From: a virus
Lineage: Duplodnaviria > Heunggongvirae > Uroviricota > Caudoviricetes
Direction: 5' to 3' (one strand)
Length of the DNA stretch: 54,213 nucleotides
Virus record (IMG/VR): IMGVR_UViG_2721755676_000004
Positions 41,358 to 51,427 of the stretch are shown here, piece by piece. Below the pieces are notes generated by a model. It did not search any database. It saw only the letters and a list, made by a program, of their open reading frames with translations, and had not been told where the DNA came from. A program made the translations under genes and the position numbers. Position 1 is the first letter of the stretch; the number at the start of each line of letters is the position of its first letter.

Positions 41358-43361
41358 TTAACGAACCAGATGCAGGAAGTGCAGGTGTTTTTCGTACTGG
41401 TCCAGTATGTCATTAATCAGCTGTTCCTGATTCCAGCCCATTACATCATAATTTTGGCCGCCCTCTTTGAGATAGACTTCAGCGCGATAATATCGATGTT
41501 GTTCACTCTGCTGCTCATCATTATCCAGCGCAGCGAGCGCGAAGGTCGGTGAGTTATACCCGCGAAGCCTCACTTCATATATATAATTCAGCTCGTTGCC
41601 CAAATCGACTTCAAGGCGAATACGATCCTCGGCGGCGTCACTGATGTGGCTTATCGTTCCCTGCTTGTTAAGTTCCTCCTGAACCAGCGTCATGGCGGGT
41701 TGGATAATGTCGTCCATAAAACGTTTCACAAGAGAGCGCTTCGGCAAATACGCGATATTGCGTAACCTTCTCTGCCAGGGAATTGGGTTACGTGCAGCCG
41801 TAGGAGCAATAGTCGCCATGCTAAGGCTTTCACGCTTGGTCAAATCCCGACGCAGGGCTTTTAACAGTCCGTATATGGATATTAATAAGATAACTGAGAA
41901 GGGCAATGCACTCGCTATCGTTACGGTTTGCAACGCACTCAGCCCCCCTGCGATCAGCAGGGCAATAGCAACAACGCCCATGAGCGATGCCCAGAAAATT
42001 CGCTGCCAGACGGGCGTGTTTGCCACCCCACCTGATGCCAGAGTATCCACAACCATTGCCCCCGAATCAGCAGACGTTACAAAGAAGACGATGACCATCG
42101 CCATTGCAATGAATGACAGCACGGAAGAGAACGGGAAATGCTCCAGGAAATTAAACAGGGCAAGCGCAACATCCTGCTGAACGGTATTGGCGAGGTCAGT
42201 GGCGCCCTGGTTCATGATGAGATAGATGGCGCTGTTTCCAAACACCGTCATCCACATGAGCGTAAAGCCGGCGGGAACAAACAACACGCCAGTCACGAAC
42301 TCACGAATTGTCCTGCCGCGGGAAACGCGTGCAATGAACATACCTACAAACGGCGACCATGAAAGCCACCATCCCCAGTATAATAATGTCCAGCCCCCCA
42401 GCCAGTTGCTCGACTTGGGTTCATACGCGTAAAGGTTGAACGTTTTACTCACCAGTTCCGACAGATAACCACCCGTATTTTCCACAAATGACTTCAGCAG
42501 AAGCACAGTGGGACCCAGGCACAAGACCAGCGCCAGGAGCAACACTGCCAGGCCCAGATTAAGCTCAGACAGGATGCGTATTCCCTTGTCCAGGCCGGAC
42601 ACCACCGAAATCGTCGCTAACCCCGTGATGACCACGATCAAAATGACCTGTACCGTTTCATTGATGGGCACGCCGAAAAGATGGTTCAAACCGGCATTCA
42701 CCTGCAATACACCGTAACCCAGCGATGTTGCAACGCCAAAGACAGTGCCTATCACGGCGAAGATATCAACCGCGTGGCCTATAGGCCCGTAAATGCGATC
42801 GCCGATAATGGGATAGAGCGCAGAACGCAGCGTTAAAGGCAGACCGTGACGGTAACTGAAAAAGGCCAGAATCAGCGCCACGATGGCATAAATTGCCCAT
42901 GCGTGCAGACCCCAGTGGAAGAACGTCAGGCGCATGGCTTCCTTCGCTGCCGCAACGGTCTCTGGAGTGCCGACAGGTGGCGAAAGATAATGCATCACAG
43001 GTTCGGCAACGCCAAAGAACATCAGGCCGATCCCCATCCCTGCCGAAAAAAGCATCGCGAACCAGGAGTGGTAGCTGAAATCAGGCTGCGCATGGTCTGG
43101 GCCCAGCTTTATATCACCGTAACGTGAGAGTCCAAGGAACGTGACGCTCAGTAAAATCAGGGCCACAGCAAGTATGTAGAACCAGCTGGCATTCGTGAAG
43201 ATTTGTTGCTGAAGTAGTTTAAAATTTTTGTCGGCGACATCCGGGAATACGGCGGCAAAGGCGACAAGAAGGAAAATTAGCAAAGCAGATGTAAAGAATA
43301 CCGCTTTGTTAATCTGGCTTGTAGACTTCTTTGGGGTTGTATCATTTTCACTCATAATCAT
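41358..43361 (-). CDS. BCCT-family transporter (BetT/CaiT-like)
   Basis: 667 aa; strong resemblance to E. coli BetT including WTLFYW/WWxAWSPFVG-type motifs and long cytoplasmic C-tail. Confidence 0.85.
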   Translation of the reverse strand: MIMSENDTTPKKSTSQINKAVFFTSALLIFLLVAFAAVFPDVADKNFKLLQQQIFTNASWFYILAVALILLSVTFLGLSRYGDIKLGPDHAQPDFSYHSWFAMLFSAGMGIGLMFFGVAEPVMHYLSPPVGTPETVAAAKEAMRLTFFHWGLHAWAIYAIVALILAFFSYRHGLPLTLRSALYPIIGDRIYGPIGHAVDIFAVIGTVFGVATSLGYGVLQVNAGLNHLFGVPINETVQVILIVVITGLATISVVSGLDKGIRILSELNLGLAVLLLALVLCLGPTVLLLKSFVENTGGYLSELVSKTFNLYAYEPKSSNWLGGWTLLYWGWWLSWSPFVGMFIARVSRGRTIREFVTGVLFVPAGFTLMWMTVFGNSAIYLIMNQGATDLANTVQQDVALALFNFLEHFPFSSVLSFIAMAMVIVFFVTSADSGAMVVDTLASGGVANTPVWQRIFWASLMGVVAIALLIAGGLSALQTVTIASALPFSVILLISIYGLLKALRRDLTKRESLSMATIAPTAARNPIPWQRRLRNIAYLPKRSLVKRFMDDIIQPAMTLVQEELNKQGTISHISDAAEDRIRLEVDLGNELNYIYEVRLRGYNSPTFALAALDNDEQQSEQHRYYRAEVYLKEGGQNYDVMGWNQEQLINDILDQYEKHLHFLHLVR

Positions 43362-43605
43362 TTATTCCATTAATTAAATCCGCACTGGATAGAAGGTACT
43401 ACCTCTCACAGAGTAGCAAAGTTCAACTGGCTATGCGGGGTTAATCGGAATGCATGGTGGAATGAGTGCCGATACAAATCATCCTATATTCTAAGGAGTT
43501 TTAAGTTACTCAGCCTGCCAATTACTGGGGCATTTAATTTGTATGATCTGTATCAAAGCTGGGATATAAGTTAAGTGAAGTATATTAGGCACGAATTACC
43601 AGCGT

Positions 43606-43633
43606 CTGCTCTTGGCACAAAGCGGACAACCAC
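43606..43633. repeat. 28-bp repeat copy B (TTGGCACAAAGCNGAC..CCAC core)
   Basis: Direct repeat of 39933..39960; sits upstream of the BCCT gene. Confidence 0.5.
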
Positions 43634-43695
43634 GCTAGCTCTACCCTGTGCCACAAAATGTCAATTTGCATCTGAACTAATGCACTTTAATCTCG

Positions 43696-44118
43696 TCACT
43701 TCAATAAATACCGAACATCCCCCTGATAAAACGACAATATGCGCTGCATAACTTCGCTCTTCCGGCACTCGCGACAGATTATGTTTAGGCGACTGTCGTA
43801 GCGACGTATTTCTCCGTCAGGTAATGACCAGATAAGGTCCGGATCAACCACAACCGGTTTCTTCAGCTTTGCCCTCGATAATTTTTTGCGGGCATTTTGC
43901 CAGTCTTTACGAGCCTGTTCAGACGGGAATAACCCGTAGCCAGAATTGTATACATCGCCACTGGCAACCAGCTCTCTGGCCAGAACGCTCATCAGATATC
44001 TTGTTGCCCCAGTTTTAGCTTCCAGTTGTCGTAACGTCTCGCGCCCACTCTGGCGTACGAGTTCAAGAACCTGCCCTTTAATTTTTTCCCGCTCTTCTTG
44101 TGTAAAAACTTTTGCCAC
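43696..44118 (-). CDS. Hypothetical early-region protein with C-terminal Cys cluster
   Basis: 140 aa; downstream of replication initiator; CRECR motif. Confidence 0.5.
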   Translation of the reverse strand: MAKVFTQEEREKIKGQVLELVRQSGRETLRQLEAKTGATRYLMSVLARELVASGDVYNSGYGLFPSEQARKDWQNARKKLSRAKLKKPVVVDPDLIWSLPDGEIRRYDSRLNIICRECRKSEVMQRILSFYQGDVRYLLK

Positions 44119-44158
44119 AAGCCCTCCTGAAAATTACCTCATGACCAGAAATTAACAC

Positions 44159-45235
44159 TTACCCCCTGAAGCCCGGCGGAATTTCGTTATCCGGTTCAGA
44201 AATATGATTCACACAACGCTGGTTGTTCGTGCCGCTTACCGGGAGCAACCAGGGGTTCTCAAAATTCCGGTCCGGTCCAAAAAACGTCGTCGCTCGCTGA
44301 ACAAATTCCGTTCCCGTTTTCCCGGTAGCCGCCAAGTATCTTGCGTAACGCCTCACGCCATCCAGCATGGCCTCTGGTGGCACCCCCTCGCGTAATCTGG
44401 CCTTCCAGGCACTGAAAGCGGATTTCTTCGGGTTTGCCCCAGCACGCAACGGGTACTCCCGCCAGACCTGTTCGAACACATCCGGATAATCCACTCGTCC
44501 CACAGACTGCCCGGTGTTTTCCGGGACTACCCGATCGGCTTCCCGCTGAATGGCGGAATCGGCTTCAGGCTGCTGCAGTTGGTGTGATTGCTCCGCCCTT
44601 GCGGTCATCACCTGCTGCACAGCGCCCGAATCGGCTTTCAGCGCATACGCTGAATCGGCTTCCGGTGTCGTGCCTGCTGGCTGACCAAGATTGACGGTCT
44701 GAACATCCCCTGCCTGGTTCGTGGCGTTTTTTACGCCATGGACCATAGTGTTTTGATCTTCTTGATCTGTATCTTTATCTGTATCTTTATCTGTCGTGAC
44801 TCGTCGTGACATGTGCGTGACATTTCGTGACGCGCCGTGACAATCGCCATTTTGTTCCCGCTTTCTTTCCCTCTCTCGCTGCGCCCTCTTGCGCTCTGCA
44901 GGAGATTTTGCGGTTTGCGAAATATTGCCGTTGTCCTCTTTAAGCACCTGGCGTTTTTCCCATCCAGTGATTAAATCACCATCAAGTACCCGCCCCTGCA
45001 TCGTCTGCAAAATTGAATCAATTACCTCTTCTGTCACGTCGAGCGCACTTGCCAAATCTTCTGTCGTGACATCAATGTGACCTCGCGTGACATTTCGTGA
45101 CGCGCTCACCAGGAGGTGGATATACACTGCCATCACTGTTGCAATTGGCTGTCCTGACACCCTGGCAATTGTTCGCCACTTAGGGTCATTTGGCATGTCA
45201 TGCCATAATCTGAGCCAGGCGTTAGCCATACTCAC
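44159..45235 (-). CDS. Phage replication initiation protein with internal iterons
   Basis: 358 aa; N-terminal winged-helix-like region, basic linker, C-terminal domain; contains two clusters of CGTGAC direct repeats. Confidence 0.65.
   Translation of the reverse strand: MSMANAWLRLWHDMPNDPKWRTIARVSGQPIATVMAVYIHLLVSASRNVTRGHIDVTTEDLASALDVTEEVIDSILQTMQGRVLDGDLITGWEKRQVLKEDNGNISQTAKSPAERKRAQRERERKREQNGDCHGASRNVTHMSRRVTTDKDTDKDTDQEDQNTMVHGVKNATNQAGDVQTVNLGQPAGTTPEADSAYALKADSGAVQQVMTARAEQSHQLQQPEADSAIQREADRVVPENTGQSVGRVDYPDVFEQVWREYPLRAGANPKKSAFSAWKARLREGVPPEAMLDGVRRYARYLAATGKTGTEFVQRATTFFGPDRNFENPWLLPVSGTNNQRCVNHISEPDNEIPPGFRG
44784..44831. repeat. Iteron cluster 1 (5 x CGTGAC at ~10-bp spacing), candidate ori
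   Basis: tgtCGTGACtcgtCGTGACatgtgCGTGACatttCGTGACgcgcCGTGACa; preceded by ATCTTTATCTGT tandem repeats. Confidence 0.6.
45061..45105. repeat. Iteron cluster 2 (CGTGAC repeats)
   Basis: ctgtCGTGACatcaatGTGACctcgCGTGACatttCGTGACgcg. Confidence 0.55.
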
Positions 45236-45300
45236 CTCTTTTGATACCGAATCTTTTTACTCACAAATTGCCGGAAGTGATCCGGTATGAATATTGCGAG

Positions 45301-45726
45301 TCAATGCACAGCCACAATATTTCCTGCAGGGCCACCACGATTCATCTGGTTGAAACCAGCGATCGCCACTGCGACAAAATCATCAGCGTCTCTCACCAGT
45401 CGTTCCCGCGTCTCCACTAGTTCCCGAAAATAGGCTGAGCTATGGCTGCGCATTCGGGCCACCAGCAGAGGTGGCATTGCTTTTTCGATAGCTGGTAACA
45501 ACGCCTGAATTTTTTCAACTGCATCAGGGGTGTCTTTCTCTACCCAGCGGAAAATTTTCTGGGTATTGCGAGCCAGGGCTTCCGGATGGCTGTCGTCATA
45601 CAGTTCTGGGAACGTCATACCCAGTTCAAAATAAGCCCTGGTTATTTCAGCTGCCGGAACTTTTTCACCGTCCGGATGCGCCCAGGCATTCATCGCCATG
45701 CGGATGTGTTCATGCTTGATTTTCAT
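45301..45726 (-). CDS. ydaT: YdaT-like protein
   Basis: 141 aa; position downstream of Cro-like gene as in Rac; assignment from memory of Rac gene order and size. Confidence 0.55.
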   Translation of the reverse strand: MKIKHEHIRMAMNAWAHPDGEKVPAAEITRAYFELGMTFPELYDDSHPEALARNTQKIFRWVEKDTPDAVEKIQALLPAIEKAMPPLLVARMRSHSSAYFRELVETRERLVRDADDFVAVAIAGFNQMNRGGPAGNIVAVH

Positions 45727-45991
45727 GAATCAAGCTCCTAGAAAGTGGTTGTGTTAACATTTTGGTATCTTCCAGCTCGGGCCAAATATTCATCCAATCA
45801 AAAGGCCTTAGTTGCTGACGTGTAACTTCACCATTACTGGCTCGCTCAATAAGGACACATAACGATGCCCCTAACACTTGACCTTTACTCAATGCCTTTC
45901 TTAGATAACCGATGCTGGTACCACACTCGCATGCAAACATACGCTGTTCATCTGACGAAAGAGAATTGAGAAATATTCTTAATTCTTCCAT
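45710..45991 (-). CDS. ydaS: Cro/YdaS-like HTH regulator
   Basis: 93 aa; divergent from repressor gene; HTH region; overlaps ydaT-like start. Confidence 0.6.
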   Translation of the reverse strand: MEELRIFLNSLSSDEQRMFACECGTSIGYLRKALSKGQVLGASLCVLIERASNGEVTRQQLRPFDWMNIWPELEDTKMLTQPLSRSLIHENQA

Positions 45992-46091
45992 AGCTACTCC
46001 TTAGTAAACACAGCAAAGAATACCCATAGGTAAACAAAAGTCAATACCCACAGGTTGTTTACCTTGCAGTAATCGCATCTATTATTTACCT
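45992..46091. promoter_or_regulatory. Divergent promoter/operator region between Cro-like and repressor genes
   Basis: Inverted copies of TACCCATAGGTAAAC / TTTACCTATGG; related palindromes recur at 46553..46592. Confidence 0.5.
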
Positions 46092-46511
46092 ATGGACAAA
46101 TATGAATTTAGACGACAGCAACTCATCAAAATTCGTGATGAGAAATGCGATGGTAAAGCGGTTAACGTGGCCAGAAAGATCGGGCGCGAGCCTTCTTATG
46201 TATCAAGAATGTTGTACCCAGAGGGGAAAAAGGGAAAAAAACGGATCGCTGATGATATGGTGGAGATTATCGAAGAGTCCTTTGGGTTACCCCGGGGATG
46301 GATGGATGGTATCGTTTCATCATCAACGAACACAGCCTCCAGTTATGAAACAAGGGTTCTAACGCCACGACAACGTATTTTTTTAGATCTCTTAGACGAA
46401 CTGCCAGAAAGTGAAGCGGATAACTTATTAAAAACTCTTGAAGAGAAAAAACAGTATTACAATATGATCTACGAAGAAATCCGTAAAAAGAAAGCACAAA
46501 ACGCATCATAG
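46092..46511 (+). CDS. racR: Prophage repressor (RacR-like)
   Basis: 139 aa; HTH; divergently transcribed from Cro-like gene. Confidence 0.65.
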   Translation: MDKYEFRRQQLIKIRDEKCDGKAVNVARKIGREPSYVSRMLYPEGKKGKKRIADDMVEIIEESFGLPRGWMDGIVSSSTNTASSYETRVLTPRQRIFLDLLDELPESEADNLLKTLEEKKQYYNMIYEEIRKKKAQNAS

Positions 46512-46765
46512 CTCACCAAACAACTAGTCACCAGTTAAGACACCGCAAAAAGTTACCCATGGGTATTTACTTTTTAAATACCTATGGGTATCCTTCTTTT
46601 CATACCAACCCACCCCGCCCCACAGAATGCAGGGCAATACTTCGAGTTACCAGGCAGTGGTCAGGGGTTAAGTAGCCAGCCCGAGGCGTAAGAACATGAC
46701 GGCGGGATTCAAATTTTGCAGTGCAGCAGTTAGTTCCGCCACCCGGCGTTAAGGGGAGAGATAAG

Positions 46766-46900
46766 ATGGTGCATTACGAAGTAGTTCAGTATTTGATGGA
46801 TTGTTGCGGTATCACTTACAACCAGGGTGTGCAGGCTTTACGCAGCAACGACTGGGATCTCTGGCAGGCAGAAGTCGCTATACGTAGCAACAAGATGTGA
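46766..46900 (+). CDS. Small protein (44 aa), YdaG-like
   Basis: Not in ORF track; AAGGGGAGAG SD before ATG at 46766; MVHYEVVQYLMDCCGITYNQGVQALRSNDWDLWQAEVAIRSNKM. Confidence 0.4.
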   Translation: MVHYEVVQYLMDCCGITYNQGVQALRSNDWDLWQAEVAIRSNKM

Positions 46901-46910
46901 GATTCGCAAA

Positions 46911-47066
46911 ATGCAAAAAATCGACCTCGGCAACAACGAATCCCTGGTGTGCGGCGTGTTCCCCAACCAGGATGGAACGTTCACTGCCATGACGTATACC
47001 AAAAGCAAAACATTTAAAACCGAAACTGGTGCGCGCCGATGGTTGGAGAAGCACACAGTAAGCTAA
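46911..47066 (+). CDS. Small protein (51 aa), YdaF-like
   Basis: Internal ATG of the 79-aa track ORF gives MQKIDLGNNESLVCGVFPNQDG...; size matches Rac YdaF. Confidence 0.45.
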   Translation: MQKIDLGNNESLVCGVFPNQDGTFTAMTYTKSKTFKTETGARRWLEKHTVS

Positions 47067-47551
47067 CGATTAAAACGTCTACTCCTGCTGTTCCATAATA
47101 ACTTCATAAAATGGGAGTATTTTTCGGTGACGAGATAATAAGAACAGTTTGCGCTATCACTCTGATGTTGAATGATGCCCTTCCGTTCTAATTTTTTCAT
47201 AACCGGGTTACGGCAAGGAGAAGTGATAATAAGATTTCCTGTTTTAAGGAAATCTTTAAATACAGCGATTTCTTTCTCAGATAAACGAAGCAATACTCGT
47301 TGCTCTGGTAGTAATGAATAATGCTTTTGAATATGTGCTCGCAATCTTGAGAAGGAAATGGCGACCACGAAAGAAAAGGCAAAAACGATAATCTGAAAGA
47401 GCCAAGGTATTTCAGTATAAGCATTGAATGCGACAGTAAACTCTTTCGGTATCAGCCAGAGAGTGAGACCAAAAATGATAATCGTATACATAAGTCTTTC
47501 GAGTGGCTCGTTAGCAAAAAGTTTCAACAATGGAGTAAATACATCCAACAT
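47063..47551 (-). CDS. sieB: Superinfection exclusion protein SieB-like
   Basis: 162 aa from internal start MLDVFTPLLK; two TM segments. Confidence 0.65.
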   Translation of the reverse strand: MLDVFTPLLKLFANEPLERLMYTIIIFGLTLWLIPKEFTVAFNAYTEIPWLFQIIVFAFSFVVAISFSRLRAHIQKHYSLLPEQRVLLRLSEKEIAVFKDFLKTGNLIITSPCRNPVMKKLERKGIIQHQSDSANCSYYLVTEKYSHFMKLLWNSRSRRFNR

Positions 47552-47992
47552 ATCAATAACTCTCAACTGTAAGGGTATTGAAATGTTAACACAAGCTCTC
47601 GCTGTAGGGGTATAGCCGAGACCACCGAAGCCCGGAGGTGGTGAAATAAAACCGGGCACAACACGAAGGCGCATTTCCGATATCCATAAAGAGTCGGTCT
47701 TGTCTGTTAAATTTAAATGGTGGGAGTGCGCCTCCGGTTGTAAATAACGACATTGCTGTGTGTAGTCCTGGCGGCATCAGTTTTTTTCTTGAAGTTCGGC
47801 TGATGTCCGCCCTTTTTAAAGTGAATTTTGTGATGCGGTGAATGCGGCTAAGCGCACGTGGCACAGTTAAAAGTCATGTCAGTCCTTATTGGTTTGGGTG
47901 GGAAAGCCGACTGTAATTGTTAACTGGTTGCAGTCACCTGGAGGCACCAGACACCGCATCAACAAAGTTCATTTGTAAAAATGGAGATAATT

Positions 47993-48214
47993 ATGATTGC
48001 ACATCACTTCGGAACTGATGAAATACCACGTCAGTGTGTGACTCCTGGCGATTATGTTCTTCATGAAGGCCGGACATATATTGCCTCGGCAAACAATATT
48101 AAAAAGCGAAAACTATATATTCGTAACCTGACCACAAAAACATTCATTACTGACCGCATGATTAAAGTCTTCCTCGGTCGTGATGGTTTACCTGTAAAGG
48201 CGGAGTCATGGTGA
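47993..48214 (+). CDS. kilR: Killing protein KilR
   Basis: 73 aa from [14 protein letters not shown]; matches Rac KilR from memory. Confidence 0.75.
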
Positions 48215-48385
48215 TGACTAAGAAAATAAAATGTGCTTACCACCTTTGCAAAAAAGACGTTGAAGAAAGCAAAGCTATTGAAAGAATGCTTCACTTCATG
48301 CACGGGATTTTATCAAAAGACGAACCGAGAAAATATTGCAGTGAAGCTTGTGCCGAAAAAGACCAGATGGCACATGAACTTTAAT
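48215..48385 (+). CDS. Small Cys-containing protein (56 aa), YdaE-like
   Basis: Not in ORF track; ATG directly after kilR stop; [56 protein letters not shown]. Confidence 0.5.
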
Positions 48386-48458
48386 TAATTGACTATTCGA
48401 AACTGAATTTATGCCAGAAATGGCAGGTATTCGCTCAACCTTAATTAAGGAGAAAAAC

Positions 48459-48734
48459 ATGATTACCAATTATGAAGCCACTGTTGTAACTACCGATGAC
48501 ATTGTTCACGAGGTGAATCTGGAAGGAAAGCGCATTGGCTACGTAATTAAAACAGAAAATAAAGAAACCCCATTCACTGTGGTTGATATCGATGGTCCAT
48601 CAGGCAACGTAAAAACACTTGATGAAGGTGTCAAAAAAATGTGCCTGGTGCATATCGGAAAGAATCTGCCCGCAGAAAAAAAAGCCGAATTTCTGGCAAC
48701 TCTAATTGCAATGAAATTAAAAGGTGAAATCTGA
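48459..48734 (+). CDS. racC: RacC-like small protein (91 aa)
   Basis: AAGGAGAAAAAC SD before ATG at 48459; position just upstream of recE. Confidence 0.55.
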   Translation: MITNYEATVVTTDDIVHEVNLEGKRIGYVIKTENKETPFTVVDIDGPSGNVKTLDEGVKKMCLVHIGKNLPAEKKAEFLATLIAMKLKGEI

Positions 48735-48835
48735 AAGAAATAGCCTGCGTATGGCGCAGGCTATGAACAGTGTGTATCCGGCAAGATCATTCACTGAACA
48801 AAACGAATTTTAATCTGAGTTGAGGTTAAAAAACA

Positions 48836-51427
48836 ATGAGCACAAAACCACTCTTCCTGTTACGGAAAGCGAAAAAATCATCCGGTGAACCTGACGTCGT
48901 CCTGTGGGCAAGCAACGATTTTGAATCGACCTGTGCCACTCTGGACTACCTGATCGTTAAGTCAGGTAAAAAACTGAGCAGCTATTTTAAAGCTGTTGCC
49001 ACGAATTTTCCTGTCGTTAATGACCTGCCCGCTGAAGGTGAGATCGATTTTACCTGGAGTGAACGCTATCAACTCAGCAAAGACTCCATGACATGGGAAC
49101 TAAAACCGGGAGCAGCACCAGACAACGCTCACTATCAAGGCAATACCAACGTCAACGGCGAAGACATGACTGAGATTGAGGAGAATATGCTACTCCCAAT
49201 TTCTGGCCAGGAACTGCCCATTCGTTGGCTTGCTCAACACGGCAGCGAAAAACCGGTAACGCACGTTTCACGCGACGGACTCCAGGCATTACACATTGCT
49301 CGGGCTGAAGAACTACCGGCTGTTACTGCCCTGGCTGTTTCCCACAAAACCAGCCTGCTCGACCCGCTGGAAATTCGCGAACTCCACAAACTGGTTCGTG
49401 ACACTGACAAAGTTTTCCCTAATCCTGGTAATTCAAACCTGGGACTGATAACTGCTTTTTTCGAAGCATACCTGAACGCTGACTACACCGATCGAGGACT
49501 GCTGACAAAAGAGTGGATGAAGGGTAATCGTGTTTCACACATCACTCGCACGGCTTCCGGTGCTAATGCTGGCGGCGGAAACCTCACCGATCGCGGCGAA
49601 GGTTTCGTACACGATCTGACGTCACTGGCGCGCGACGTAGCCACTGGCGTACTGGCCCGTTCAATGGATCTGGACATCTATAACCTTCATCCGGCACACG
49701 CTAAACGCATTGAGGAAATTATCGCTGAAAATAAACCGCCCTTTTCTGTTTTCCGCGACAAATTCATCACCATGCCTGGCGGGCTGGATTATTCCCGCGC
49801 CATCGTGGTTGCGTCCGTAAAAGAAGCACCAATTGGGATCGAGGTCATCCCCGCGCACGTCACTGAATATCTGAACAAAGTACTGACTGAAACCGATCAT
49901 GCCAACCCTGATCCGGAAATCGTGGATATTGCCTGCGGTCGCTCCTCTGCCCCGATGCCGCAGCGAGTAACAGAAGAAGGAAAACAGGATGATGAAGAAA
50001 AACCGCAACCATCTGGAACAACGGCAGTTGAACAGGGAGAGGCTGAAACAATGGAACCGGACGCAACTGAACATCATCAGGACACGCAGCCGCTGGATGC
50101 TCAGTCACAGGTAAATTCTGTTGATGCGAAATATCAGGAACTGCGGGCAGAACTCCATGAAGCCCGGAAAAACATTCCATCAAAAAATCCTGTCGATGAC
50201 GATAAATTGCTTGCTGCATCACGTGGTGAATTTGTTGACGGAATTAGCGATCCGAAATGGGTAAAGGGGATCCAGACTCGCGATTGTGTGTACCAGAACC
50301 AGCCAGAAACGGAAAAAACCAGCCCAGATATGAATCAACCTGAGCCAGTAGTGCAACAGGAACCGGAAATAGCCTGCAATGCCTGCGGCCAGACTGGCGG
50401 GGATAACTGCCCTGACTGTGGTGCGGTGATGGGCGACGCAACATACCAGGAAACATTCGCTGAAGAGAGTCAGGTTGAAGCTAAGGAAAATGATCCGGAG
50501 GAAATGGAAGGCGCTGAACATCCGCACAATGAGAATGCTGGCAGCGATCCGCATCGCGATTGCAGTGATGAAACTGGCGAAGTCGCAGATCCCGTAATCG
50601 TAGAAGACATAGAGCCAGGTATTTATTACGGAATTTCGAATGAGAATTACCACGCGGGTCCCGGTATCAGTAAGTCTCAGCTCGATGACATTGCTGATAC
50701 TCCGGCACTATATTTGTGGCGTAAAAATGCCCCCGTGGACACCACAAAGACAAAAACGCTCGATTTAGGAACTGCTTTCCACTGCCGGGTACTTGAACCG
50801 GAAGAATTCAGTAACCGCTTTATCGTAGCACCTGAATTTAACCGCCGTACAAACGCCGGAAAAGAAGAAGAGAAAGCGTTTCTGATGGAATGCGCAAGCA
50901 CAGGAAAAACGGTTATCACTGCGGAAGAAGGCCGGAAAATTGAACTCATGTATCAAAGCGTTATGGCTTTGCCGCTGGGGCAATGGCTTGTTGAAAGCGC
51001 CGGACACGCTGAATCATCAATTTACTGGGAAGATCCTGAAACAGGAATTTTGTGTCGGTGCCGTCCGGACAAAATTATCCCTGAATTTCACTGGATCATG
51101 GACGTGAAAACTACGGCGGATATTCAACGATTCAAAACCGCTTATTACGACTACCGCTATCACGTTCAGGATGCATTCTACAGTGACGGTTATGAAGCAC
51201 AGTTTGGAGTGCAGCCAACTTTCGTTTTTCTGGTTGCCAGCACAACTATTGAATGCGGACGTTATCCGGTTGAAATTTTCATGATGGGCGAAGAAGCAAA
51301 ACTGGCAGGTCAACAGGAATATCACCGCAATCTGCGAACCCTGTCTGACTGCCTGAATACCGATGAATGGCCAGCTATTAAGACATTATCACTGCCCCGC
51401 TGGGCTAAGGAATATGCAAATGACTAA
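48836..51427 (+). CDS. recE: Exodeoxyribonuclease VIII (RecE)
   Basis: 863 aa; long acidic N-terminal region and C-terminal nuclease domain; followed by overlapping recT. Confidence 0.9.
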   Translation: MSTKPLFLLRKAKKSSGEPDVVLWASNDFESTCATLDYLIVKSGKKLSSYFKAVATNFPVVNDLPAEGEIDFTWSERYQLSKDSMTWELKPGAAPDNAHYQGNTNVNGEDMTEIEENMLLPISGQELPIRWLAQHGSEKPVTHVSRDGLQALHIARAEELPAVTALAVSHKTSLLDPLEIRELHKLVRDTDKVFPNPGNSNLGLITAFFEAYLNADYTDRGLLTKEWMKGNRVSHITRTASGANAGGGNLTDRGEGFVHDLTSLARDVATGVLARSMDLDIYNLHPAHAKRIEEIIAENKPPFSVFRDKFITMPGGLDYSRAIVVASVKEAPIGIEVIPAHVTEYLNKVLTETDHANPDPEIVDIACGRSSAPMPQRVTEEGKQDDEEKPQPSGTTAVEQGEAETMEPDATEHHQDTQPLDAQSQVNSVDAKYQELRAELHEARKNIPSKNPVDDDKLLAASRGEFVDGISDPKWVKGIQTRDCVYQNQPETEKTSPDMNQPEPVVQQEPEIACNACGQTGGDNCPDCGAVMGDATYQETFAEESQVEAKENDPEEMEGAEHPHNENAGSDPHRDCSDETGEVADPVIVEDIEPGIYYGISNENYHAGPGISKSQLDDIADTPALYLWRKNAPVDTTKTKTLDLGTAFHCRVLEPEEFSNRFIVAPEFNRRTNAGKEEEKAFLMECASTGKTVITAEEGRKIELMYQSVMALPLGQWLVESAGHAESSIYWEDPETGILCRCRPDKIIPEFHWIMDVKTTADIQRFKTAYYDYRYHVQDAFYSDGYEAQFGVQPTFVFLVASTTIECGRYPVEIFMMGEEAKLAGQQEYHRNLRTLSDCLNTDEWPAIKTLSLPRWAKEYAND

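Noticed and set aside
49661-50653. Several 120-144-aa minus-strand ORFs inside recE
   Set aside because: Antisense to recE, which is supported over its full length; compositionally biased translations.
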